This document shows, piece after piece, positions 33,922-41,765 of a DNA stretch of 48,897 bases. The notes under the pieces were generated by a model that saw nothing but the letters and a program-made list of their open reading frames with translations, made no database searches and was not told the DNA's origin. The DNA comes from a virus. The stretch spans positions 1-48,897 of IMG/VR virus record IMGVR_UViG_3300011430_000004; one strand, written 5' to 3'. How positions within the stretch are numbered: position 1 is the stretch's first letter; the number at the start of each line of letters is the position of its first letter. Made by a program: the position numbers and the translations under genes.

Positions 33922-34170
33922 ATGCAAGCAATCGAAGTCAAATATCACGGACCTACGTCCAACAGACCTGCACGGTATACGGCAAGGTGCGACGCCGGCA
34001 GTCTTACCTTATCACGACACTGCGAAGCACTCGCAAGAAAGTCAGGCGGATTTCCTTGCGCTTGGATAGTCGCATCCAAGCTTTGCGAGAAGCTAGGCTG
34101 GACTGACGATTTCGTTGGCGGAGAACTTAAACACTCATGGGTGTTTGTCTTTAAGACGGGGGTGTTATGA
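33922..34170 (+). CDS. hypothetical protein (82 aa)
   Basis: SD AAGGAG upstream. The IEVKYHGPTSNRPARY... pattern resembles small proteins common in phage/plasmid early regions (family not named). Confidence 0.6.
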   Translation: MQAIEVKYHGPTSNRPARYTARCDAGSLTLSRHCEALARKSGGFPCAWIVASKLCEKLGWTDDFVGGELKHSWVFVFKTGVL

Positions 34171-34883
34171 GACTAGAGACCATATTGAAAGCGGCAAAGA
34201 ATTCGATGATACACGGTCATCATAAGCCTCATTGTTATGGGGCTTTCGTAGAGGGTAAAGGGTACGTTAATGACGGTGGATCTGGTTTCGATAGGGCGGA
34301 TTACTTGCGTCAATTAGAGAGAGACGTTAACCTTGAAATAGATCAAATGGAATCTGCCTCTAGTTATGGAGAACCGGGTTACACTAACCCGGACAAAGGT
34401 ATATTGTTTGCCAATTGGAATAAATTCCCTCCTGAATTGGCTTCGATCTTAGAAAAAGCGGGTTATGGGATTGAATGGTCCGATGAGTGGACTATCTGCG
34501 ACTGCGGTAAGGCGGTTCGCACTTCGCCGGATTCGTATGGTTGGAAAGGTTACTACATGATTCTAAATGATTGTGAATTATTTTGCGGGGATTGCCTCAA
34601 GGATGACCTTGACCTTTACGAGGGTGCACTACTGAATAAGGTCCGACATGCCGACACCTTGGGAGTAGACTGGACAGCCCGCGGGTTTGAGAAGTTTAAC
34701 CAAGATTCGTATGAGGCCGGTTTTCATTCGCATCAAACCGACAAGCCGCAAGACGTTGTTAAGCTTCTACCAAAAGATGTCGATTTCCTCTTTTCAATTC
34801 CTTCCGTGGGTCAGTTCGATATCTTTTTCGACTGCTGGATACGGAAAAAGGGAATCAACGCGGAAGGGGAATTAGTAGATTAG
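34167..34883 (+). CDS. hypothetical protein (238 aa), Cys-cluster containing
   Basis: ATGA overlap with the previous gene. CDCGKAV...CELFCGDC is a possible metal site. Confidence 0.6.
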   Translation: MRLETILKAAKNSMIHGHHKPHCYGAFVEGKGYVNDGGSGFDRADYLRQLERDVNLEIDQMESASSYGEPGYTNPDKGILFANWNKFPPELASILEKAGYGIEWSDEWTICDCGKAVRTSPDSYGWKGYYMILNDCELFCGDCLKDDLDLYEGALLNKVRHADTLGVDWTARGFEKFNQDSYEAGFHSHQTDKPQDVVKLLPKDVDFLFSIPSVGQFDIFFDCWIRKKGINAEGELVD

Positions 34884-34908
34884 CCGGAGCAAAAAAGGAG
34901 TTAGGGTT

Positions 34909-35103
34909 ATGATGATACTATACGGTAAATTTGGAAAGCAAAAACGATTCAAAGCAATGGATCTGAAGAACTGCAAGCAAGTGGGTAATCTTATCTATGC
35001 TTCTCTTCTAACCGATACAGAAGGGGCACGCGTGTTAAAAGAATGCACGGTTTGTAATCCAGAATGGCAGTTCGAACTTAGAACCGTTGGGAGGGACCTA
35101 TGA
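34909..35103 (+). CDS. hypothetical protein (64 aa)
   Basis: SD AAGGAG upstream. The stop overlaps the next start. Confidence 0.55.
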   Translation: MMILYGKFGKQKRFKAMDLKNCKQVGNLIYASLLTDTEGARVLKECTVCNPEWQFELRTVGRDL

Positions 35104-35303
35104 CACCTACAGAATTAAGACGAAGACGTGCGGCCCTAAGCCTAACACAGCGTCAACTCGGGGACCTCCTAGGAGTAACCTATCATACTGTGCTCCGATG
35201 GGAGAATGGCCGGGTGCCTATCCCAGGCATGGCAGACCTTTCCGTGGGGTTCATAGAATCAACGCGTTTCACTGAAAAACAGTTTGGAAGGAAACGGAAA
35301 TGA
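35100..35303 (+). CDS. XRE-family helix-turn-helix protein (67 aa)
   Basis: LSLTQRQLGDLLGVTYHTVLRWENG is a canonical HTH_XRE signature. Confidence 0.7.
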   Translation: MTPTELRRRRAALSLTQRQLGDLLGVTYHTVLRWENGRVPIPGMADLSVGFIESTRFTEKQFGRKRK

Positions 35304-35482
35304 ACTATAGAATTGAACCGGTTGAAAACAGTTTGCTTAACCTTAAAGGTTGGCGTATAGTACGTGCTGACGGCGCTGTGCTTCTGCCTTTCACGACGAA
35401 ACGAGAAGCGGAAAAGCTTATAGACTTCTTTGCACCGACGGCTTACCCTACGCAAGGTGATTACAATTTTGCAAAGGATTAA
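35300..35482 (+). CDS. hypothetical protein (60 aa)
   Basis: ATGA overlap with the previous gene. Confidence 0.55.
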   Translation: MNYRIEPVENSLLNLKGWRIVRADGAVLLPFTTKREAEKLIDFFAPTAYPTQGDYNFAKD

Positions 35483-35485
35483 GAA

Positions 35486-36133
35486 ATGATTGCACTCGGA
35501 TATATAAGGCGCAGCAAAAAGAGCGAAGCTAAGACGGTCTCTCTTGAGGAGCAAGCGCAGCGCATAGCGGACTATTGCGCGTCTAAAGGCTGGACACTCG
35601 CCGAAGTGCTCCGCCATGATGGTATCTCAGGGACAAAGCGGAAACGCTTCGTTGATATCGACGGGGCTCTCTTGCGGTTCGGTGCTGATGCATTGGTCGT
35701 CTATAACCTAGATCGGCTTGCGAGGGATGCAGGGGGTTTGTTGGACGCTCTGAAGTCATATCAATCCAGAGGCATTCAAATCCATGAGTCAAGCAGCGGA
35801 CTGATTGGAGATAAAGCCCTTGACCGGCTTATGGTCGGAGTGCGAGGGGTCATGGATGAGTATTACGCGCTAGTCATAGGCGAGAAGACAAGCGACGCGT
35901 TGCAGGGGTTACGTTGGCAGGGTAAGAGGTACACGTGGTTAGAGCCCTTCGGATATCGTTACGCGGGGGGGCTCATGGTGGCGGACCCTACGGAGCAAGG
36001 CATCATTAGTCAGGCGCGTACCTTGCGCCAGGAGGGGCTTAGTTATCGAGCCGTGGTGAGGAAGCTTAGGGCGGAAGGGTACAAGGGACGGTTGAATCAC
36101 GAAACCGTAAGGCGTTTGTGTTTGCCTGAATAA
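35486..36133 (+). CDS. small serine recombinase (resolvase/invertase family, 215 aa)
   Basis: YIRRSKK (catalytic Ser region), HDGISG, VVYNLDRLARD, and a C-terminal HTH-like GLSYRAVVRKLRAEG. Confidence 0.85.
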   Translation: MIALGYIRRSKKSEAKTVSLEEQAQRIADYCASKGWTLAEVLRHDGISGTKRKRFVDIDGALLRFGADALVVYNLDRLARDAGGLLDALKSYQSRGIQIHESSSGLIGDKALDRLMVGVRGVMDEYYALVIGEKTSDALQGLRWQGKRYTWLEPFGYRYAGGLMVADPTEQGIISQARTLRQEGLSYRAVVRKLRAEGYKGRLNHETVRRLCLPE

Positions 36134-36155
36134 CTATGCTATTAAAGGGGGGACG

Positions 36156-36287
36156 ATGAATAAATTTCTACCGGTGTGTGTTGCTGTTTTTGTTGTGCTG
36201 TTGATACCTATCGCGCTTCTTGCAATTATCGTTGCGGTTCGGGGTTATGCAGGGTTCGTAGCATGGATTTTTAAGGGGTTGCTTTGA
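36156..36287 (+). CDS. single-TM micro-protein (43 aa), tentative
   Basis: SD AAGGGGGG upstream of ATG 36156, MNKFLPVCVAVFVVLLIPIALLAIIVAVRGYAGFVAWIFKGLL. Below the ORF-track cutoff. Confidence 0.4.
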   Translation: MNKFLPVCVAVFVVLLIPIALLAIIVAVRGYAGFVAWIFKGLL

Positions 36288-36309
36288 CGAGTTAAAGGAG
36301 GAATGGTTT

Positions 36310-36801
36310 ATGGCAAGTCAGAAAGATCATATTGAAAACGCACTGAATCAGCTTCTTGCCAAGAAGCATCAACTTGAGGGTGAAGTGCGAGAAATCGAGG
36401 AAGCAATCGGCGCTTTAGCAAAAGTGCCCGCGTTGCTAGAAGGGGGACGGCCTTCCGTGCTGGCGTTCGAGAAGTCGCGACCGAAGTTTGAGCAATCGCA
36501 ATCGATTAACAGGGGTCTTAGCGATAAAGTTCGCGCCTATATCGCGGAGTATCCCTATGGCGAAAAGATCGTGGTAGGGCCAATGATTGAAGACCTAGGA
36601 AGGAAGGGAGTTAAAGGTAAGCACTCTTCGTTATATGCCTACATTCACTCCCTCTTGAAGAAACTAACTGCTGCGGGTGAGATGGGGTTGCAGTACACGG
36701 CGGGCGTTGGTTACACAAGGGAACGTCCGGCCCTTTATCCGAAAGAGCCGGACGCCGTTCTAGTGCACACGGAAGGGTTGTCAGTTAGTGTTGCTGAATA
36801 A
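36310..36801 (+). CDS. hypothetical protein (163 aa), N-terminal coiled coil
   Basis: SD AAGGAGG upstream. No family recognised. Confidence 0.6.
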   Translation: MASQKDHIENALNQLLAKKHQLEGEVREIEEAIGALAKVPALLEGGRPSVLAFEKSRPKFEQSQSINRGLSDKVRAYIAEYPYGEKIVVGPMIEDLGRKGVKGKHSSLYAYIHSLLKKLTAAGEMGLQYTAGVGYTRERPALYPKEPDAVLVHTEGLSVSVAE

Positions 36802-36951
36802 TTTGACGTGAACAAGATGACAGTCATTGTCTACATGAACATGAGCGACCTGCACAACTTCGCCGTTTTTAGTGGTTATTTCGATTTTGACAGGCTCTTT
36901 GACAGGACGACAATCTTGACACCGAAAATTCTTTTCTGTTGTGGTTTCCAT
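36781..36951 (-). CDS. small divergent ORF (56 aa), tentative
   Basis: ATG at complement 36949..36951 and TGA at 36781..36783, METTTEKNFRCQDCRPVKEPVKIEITTKNGEVVQVAHVHVDNDCHLVHVKLFSNTN. It would be the only minus-strand gene in the early arm and diverges from the HTH gene at 37049. Confidence 0.3.
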   Translation of the reverse strand: METTTEKNFRCQDCRPVKEPVKIEITTKNGEVVQVAHVHVDNDCHLVHVKLFSNTN

Positions 36952-37048
36952 AGTTCGACTAACATGGCACTATTTGTACCAAAGCACAATAGAGGGGGTA
37001 CATTGTGTGCCTTGCTATTTTTTTTCGGTAGGGCATTGTCAATACATC

Positions 37049-37228
37049 ATGCAACCAGGAACTTTAAAAACCCTTCGGAAAAAAGCGAAGTTATCTCAAG
37101 AAAAGCTTGCTCAAAAACTAGGAGTAGATCGGCGGACGGTGGGACGGTGGGAGCTTGGTCAAGTCAAAATACCGCCAGTTGTAGCGATTGCAGTCCGTGC
37201 ACTTCTGAACAAGTCAAGGCGCGACTAG
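37049..37228 (+). CDS. XRE-family helix-turn-helix protein (59 aa), repressor/Cro/excision-control candidate
   Basis: MQPGTLKTLRKKAKLSQEKLAQKLGVDRRTVGRWELG. The internal ATG was chosen because the longer ORF-track N-terminus is implausible. No SD before the ATG. Confidence 0.7.
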   Translation: MQPGTLKTLRKKAKLSQEKLAQKLGVDRRTVGRWELGQVKIPPVVAIAVRALLNKSRRD

Positions 37229-37267
37229 CGGATATTTTTCTCCGGTCTGTTGGTATCGGGGGTGCTT

Positions 37268-38337
<1,070 letters not shown>

Positions 38338-38341
<4 letters not shown>

Positions 38342-38556
38342 AGCTTTTATATATAGGGTTGGATGGTGAGAAGTACACGGCGGAGTGGAAGAGTAACCCC
38401 GTCGGTCACTTAAGGGTGTGCAAGGCGGGCTCCCGTAGGGCGGTGATGTCACCGTTCATGAGCCGCACTCAAGCAGAAGAGTTTTTCGAGCGTATTAAGG
38501 GAGACGGCGCAGTGTTAGAAATCCATGACGGGTCTAATGGAAAGGAGAAGCACTAA
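38338..38556 (+). CDS. hypothetical protein (72 aa)
   Basis: ATG 38338 overlaps (ATGA) the int stop. Confidence 0.6.
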
Positions 38557-38741
38557 TGGAAAGATACTTGTTTCTTGTGTCAACGCGAGAATGGGACGGG
38601 GACCGTGAATATTGGAGACAGAGAAACCCGCTGACGGCTAAAAGCTTGGACGATGTAGCTCGTCGGTTGAATGTTCCAATGGCGGACCTGCGCTTAGACG
38701 GAAAGTCACAATACACAAAATTTCCAAAGGAAGGAAAGTAA
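38556..38741 (+). CDS. hypothetical protein (61 aa)
   Basis: Abuts the previous stop. SD GGAAAGGAG upstream. Confidence 0.55.
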   Translation: MERYLFLVSTREWDGDREYWRQRNPLTAKSLDDVARRLNVPMADLRLDGKSQYTKFPKEGK

Positions 38742-38745
38742 AAAA

Positions 38746-38922
38746 ATGGAAACTGACACTTACACGATCTTGGTTATCTATAACGATGGTTCGACGGAGC
38801 TAATCGAGAAGCTGGACCAACTCGCCTCTATCGCGTGGCTGATTGGGCTACTCAAGATGGAATTGACGGGCTCCGGGTTTCAGTCGATTCGCGAATTTCG
38901 AATGATCCGCGATAAGAAGTAA
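38746..38922 (+). CDS. small ORF (58 aa), tentative
   Basis: ATG 38746 to TAA 38920..38922, METDTYTILVIYNDGSTELIEKLDQL... SD AAGGAAGGAAAG upstream. Below the ORF-track cutoff. Confidence 0.45.
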   Translation: METDTYTILVIYNDGSTELIEKLDQLASIAWLIGLLKMELTGSGFQSIREFRMIRDKK

Positions 38923-39051
38923 ACAAAACAAAAGTGCCGCGTGGTGTGGAACTGGCGGACAGAACTAAACCGAAATGAGAAATCGGAGAATGGAATCTTG
39001 GAGAGGCGGCGGAGATATTAACAACAATACCGGAAAGGCAAAACGGAGAAC

Positions 39052-39267
39052 ATGGAAAACTATACCGCGCTCGTTGAGTATGTGAAATCTCTTCAACACA
39101 AAACAGAAGCATTGATCGAGGAAGCCCGACGGCGGATTGTGTGCGGTGCGTTGCATTCTTTAGAAACACTCTGCGATATGATCGATTTTCACTTAGGTTT
39201 GCTGGCGAAGGTGCGAGACTATTTGCTTGTAAGGTGCGTGGCTGACGATGCTGTAACCCTACACTAA
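39052..39267 (+). CDS. hypothetical protein (71 aa)
   Basis: Purine-rich leader with GGAGAAC before the ATG. Confidence 0.55.
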   Translation: MENYTALVEYVKSLQHKTEALIEEARRRIVCGALHSLETLCDMIDFHLGLLAKVRDYLLVRCVADDAVTLH

Positions 39268-39319
39268 AACGGTGTTTGTTGGGTATAAGCTTATAACTTT
39301 AACTAAAGGGGGTAAGTAT

Positions 39320-39838
39320 ATGGAAATAGGGCTAAATTGCAAGGCACAAACGTCGTTTGATGGTCAAAACCCGGCACTTGGCATACATATATTAGAGGGT
39401 GTGGACATGGATTTTGACCGAATCGAAAGGCGGCAGAAAAAGAAAATGCAGGCGGTTTATCAACCACCAATTGAGCTTAGGAATTTCGTCACCCGTGATC
39501 GGCAGGCGGTCTTGTCCGGGCTGAAAGACGAGGAGTTTGACGCAATGCTTCACTTCTCGGATAAGGCTTACAACGGGCCGGTTGCTTTGCGAATCGATGA
39601 CTTTCCGATGGAGTTTAAGGCTGACGTGTGGCGGGCCTTGCTCCAATTCAATAAGCCTCAACAGAAATTTCTCCTTAATGTCCTAGTAAAAGGTATGGCT
39701 ATCGAATTGGCAGCTAAGCTTACAAAGCGGAGTAAGTCGCATTGGCAGGATTGGCTAACTAAGATTGCCCTTCCGGCCTTAAGGGAGAGCCTTAAGGATT
39801 ACTGCATTGATGGGAAGTTGGTGCTTCGTGGCAAGTAA
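39320..39838 (+). CDS. hypothetical protein (172 aa), possible C-terminal HTH
   Basis: ATG 39320 is preceded by SD AAGGGGG. The C-terminal FLLNVLVKGMAIELAAKLTKRSKSHWQDW looks like a sigma-region-4/LuxR-type HTH (weak). Confidence 0.5.
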   Translation: MEIGLNCKAQTSFDGQNPALGIHILEGVDMDFDRIERRQKKKMQAVYQPPIELRNFVTRDRQAVLSGLKDEEFDAMLHFSDKAYNGPVALRIDDFPMEFKADVWRALLQFNKPQQKFLLNVLVKGMAIELAAKLTKRSKSHWQDWLTKIALPALRESLKDYCIDGKLVLRGK

Positions 39839-39998
39839 GACTGACGTAACGGCACGAGCCGCTGAGAAGATCAAGCGGAAGTATTTCGGGGAGTGCGGGC
39901 ACGAAGTCTACCCCGTCCTTGTCTCTGGTATGCGCGGGTCGGCCCTTATGGGGTGGCATTGCGAGACCTGTAAGGTTAGAGTGAAGAAGGTAAAATAA
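39810..39998 (+). CDS. small zinc-ribbon-like protein (62 aa)
   Basis: GECGHE...WHCETCKV, with Cys/His pairs. Overlaps the end of the previous gene. Confidence 0.5.
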   Translation: MGSWCFVASKTDVTARAAEKIKRKYFGECGHEVYPVLVSGMRGSALMGWHCETCKVRVKKVK

Positions 39999-40165
39999 TG
40001 AAAGAGCTAGGTATCGGACTTTTAGTGCTTGGTGGTTGCTTTCTACTCCCCCATGCAATTATTTATCTTTGTCAATTCGAATGGTTCAGGTGGGGGGCAA
40101 TTACGTTTTTGGTCGGACTGCTGGCGTGGATAATCGGAAAGCTTAGATTGTCGGACCTAGCATGA
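39998..40165 (+). CDS. two-TM micro-protein (55 aa), tentative
   Basis: ATG 39998 to TGA 40163..40165, MKELGIGLLVLGGCFLLPHAIIYLCQFEWFRWGAITFLVGLLAWIIGKLRLSDLA. ATGA overlap with the next gene. Below the ORF-track cutoff. Confidence 0.4.
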   Translation: MKELGIGLLVLGGCFLLPHAIIYLCQFEWFRWGAITFLVGLLAWIIGKLRLSDLA

Positions 40166-40806
40166 GCAACTATTACGAGCACGACAGGGCGGAGAAGAAA
40201 GAACGGCATGCCGGACCCCGGCCCCCTATGCCAAAGCCCAATTACGATTATTGTCAGATGATGCACGAGTACCTTGAAGCCAGGAGGCTATCTTATCATG
40301 TCGCACGTGTTAATGGTTGGTATCCTACTACTGCTGTGGATCGTAGCCCACGTATTGTTATTCCTGGCGTTAATCCGCATGGCCTAGCTTACTATCAGGC
40401 GCGGGCAATGGACGACCATAAGATTAGGTATAAGTCCCCCGCTGCTTCAAGGGCTGACAGTATCGTGTTGGTTTATCCGGCTGAGGACGGCGCTCGTGAT
40501 AAGAGTGGGACAGGAGGGGCCGCTATATTCGAAGGCCCTATGGATGCTCTTGCCGCTGCGGGTTTGGAGTGGATCGGTATAGCCTTAATGGGTAATGAGC
40601 CCCCGGACGGTGTGTTAGCTTACACCGCTTCTATCTGTGACAGTGTGCAAGAAGTCGCGATCTTACCGGACATGGACCACCCCGAAATGGGGGGCTATGT
40701 CCTTGGCTATCTTGGGACGCGGGGAATCAAGGCGCGGGTTATCATTCCTTCGGAGAAAGACTTCGCGGACATGAGCCCCCGACAAAGAGAGGAGATATTA
40801 GGATGA
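40162..40806 (+). CDS. Toprim-domain protein (primase-like, 214 aa)
   Basis: AAIFEGPMDALAAAG ... VAILPDMDHPEMGG matches the Toprim E-G-x-x-D ... D-x-D-x-x-G layout. No zinc-finger domain seen. Confidence 0.6.
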   Translation: MSNYYEHDRAEKKERHAGPRPPMPKPNYDYCQMMHEYLEARRLSYHVARVNGWYPTTAVDRSPRIVIPGVNPHGLAYYQARAMDDHKIRYKSPAASRADSIVLVYPAEDGARDKSGTGGAAIFEGPMDALAAAGLEWIGIALMGNEPPDGVLAYTASICDSVQEVAILPDMDHPEMGGYVLGYLGTRGIKARVIIPSEKDFADMSPRQREEILG

Positions 40807-40997
40807 GACTATTAAATTGGTTGGGCTTCGTGATAATGACTAAAGCTCAATTTAAAATGTACTTGGATGAGGCATATTGGGAAGGCCACGATGACGGTTG
40901 GATCGGGGGGAAAGATGAAGGCTACGAAGAAGGCTTCCAAAACGGTCAAGAAACCCAGTCTCAAGAAAATCAGTTTGACGAAGGAACCGCTATCTAA
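40803..40997 (+). CDS. hypothetical acidic protein (64 aa)
   Basis: ATGA overlap with the Toprim gene. Its 3' part overlaps, in another frame, the likely start of the next gene. Confidence 0.45.
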   Translation: MRLLNWLGFVIMTKAQFKMYLDEAYWEGHDDGWIGGKDEGYEEGFQNGQETQSQENQFDEGTAI

Positions 40998-41397
40998 TGC
41001 AGGGTCCGAGCGTTGGGCATGTCAGGAGTGCGGGCTGTATACGGGTGAGCCTAGTCGTCCGCAGGTCCCCGAGGATTGGACTGGAAAGCTGCTGATTGTT
41101 GGAGACAATGGAAACCTTACTGGACGAGCTTTTTCACTTCTTCGTAAGCTCTGGCGGAGCGTGGGATATACGGATAGCGACGTTGCTTGCTTTAGCTCTG
41201 TGCGTTGCAGCGGACCAAAGGCCGCGAACATGAATCAGGTCCGCGCTTGCAGGCCGTTTTTGCTGACCGTTCTAGCTAAGCTTAATCCTAAATTTGTATT
41301 AGCTGCGGGCGCAACAGCTTTCCGGGCGATCAAGAATGACGGGTCTATAAACATCACAAGGAACCGGGGAAAGCAATTGAAAGTGGAGGGTCTATGA
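40915..41397 (+). CDS. UDG-like (family-4-type fold) domain, N-terminal fragment of the polymerase-associated domain
   Basis: WACQECGL (CxxC), LLIVGDNGNLTGRAF in the position of GEAPG, and SSVRCSGP...VRACRPFL (Fe-S Cys pair). It ends ...RNRGKQLKVEGL* before the final HPS-type motif. Start is uncertain (ATG 40891/40915 or TTG about 40975). Confidence 0.65.
   Translation: MKATKKASKTVKKPSLKKISLTKEPLSNAGSERWACQECGLYTGEPSRPQVPEDWTGKLLIVGDNGNLTGRAFSLLRKLWRSVGYTDSDVACFSSVRCSGPKAANMNQVRACRPFLLTVLAKLNPKFVLAAGATAFRAIKNDGSINITRNRGKQLKVEGL
41377..41384 (+). repeat. 8-bp direct repeat TTGAAAGT, left junction of the insertion in the polymerase gene
   Basis: Read directly. It encodes L-K-V at the end of the N-terminal fragment. 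Confidence 0.9.
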
Positions 41398-41600
41398 GTA
41401 ATAGGGAGACTTCGGTTACGGTTATGATTGTTCCTGCGAAGGGGGGTATTAAGGGCCGTAGTTATTTAGTTAAGATCAGGGATGAGCAATTTTTGTTCGA
41501 CAGTTGGGAAGCCCTTCATTTCGCAAGTCAACTCATTGACGCGGTATCGCATCAACATGCCGATGGGAGGTACGGTCCCCATGAAGAAGGTAGCCGATGA
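41394..41600 (+). CDS. insertion-borne micro-protein 1 (68 aa)
   Basis: SD GGAGGG upstream. ATGA overlap with the stop of the UDG-like fragment. No family recognised. Confidence 0.5.
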   Translation: MSNRETSVTVMIVPAKGGIKGRSYLVKIRDEQFLFDSWEALHFASQLIDAVSHQHADGRYGPHEEGSR

Positions 41601-41761
41601 GTAACACGGATATCATCGCGAAGCTAATCGCACAAGCAGAACTAACTGAACAGTTTCTCGTAGAGGGCCGCTGTGGATATGAAGTCGAAATTATGATGGA
41701 CAACCAGAGGGCAATCATGACGGCCATGATTCGACTACTCCGGGCTCTGGAGACGGTTTGA
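41597..41761 (+). CDS. insertion-borne micro-protein 2 (54 aa)
   Basis: ATG 41597 overlaps the stop of ORF 1 (ATGA), and TGA 41759..41761 overlaps the TTG start of the polymerase. MSNTDIIAKLIAQAELTEQFLVEGRCGYEVEIMMDNQRAIMTAMIRLLRALETV. Below the ORF-track cutoff. Confidence 0.45.
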   Translation: MSNTDIIAKLIAQAELTEQFLVEGRCGYEVEIMMDNQRAIMTAMIRLLRALETV

Positions 41762-41765
41762 AAGT
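41758..41765 (+). repeat. 8-bp direct repeat TTGAAAGT, right junction
   Basis: Read directly. It supplies the TTG start and the K-V of the polymerase ORF. Confidence 0.9.

Larger units (their letters stand above)
41385..41765 (+). mobile_element. 381-bp in-frame insertion cassette (two micro-ORFs) splitting the UDG-like/PolA gene
   Basis: Exactly 127 codons separate the two copies of TTGAAAGT, and the flanking ORFs share one frame. Deleting it restores a contiguous UDG-like motif. Whether it is mobile is inferred, not shown. Confidence 0.4.

Noticed and set aside
41385-41765. Reading the 381-nt in-frame insert in the polymerase gene as a mini-intein or as stop-codon recoding
   Set aside because: The host frame hits TGA four codons into the insert and has further stops. 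Many other genes in this genome clearly terminate at TGA, so an alternative genetic code is not supported.
41377-41765. Reading the insert as a group I intron, as in the SPO1 polymerase gene
   Set aside because: No junction choice within the 8-bp repeat gives both a 5' exon ending in U and an intron ending in G. The insert is also filled by two SD-preceded ORFs chained by start-stop overlaps. This is not excluded experimentally and remains listed as a check.
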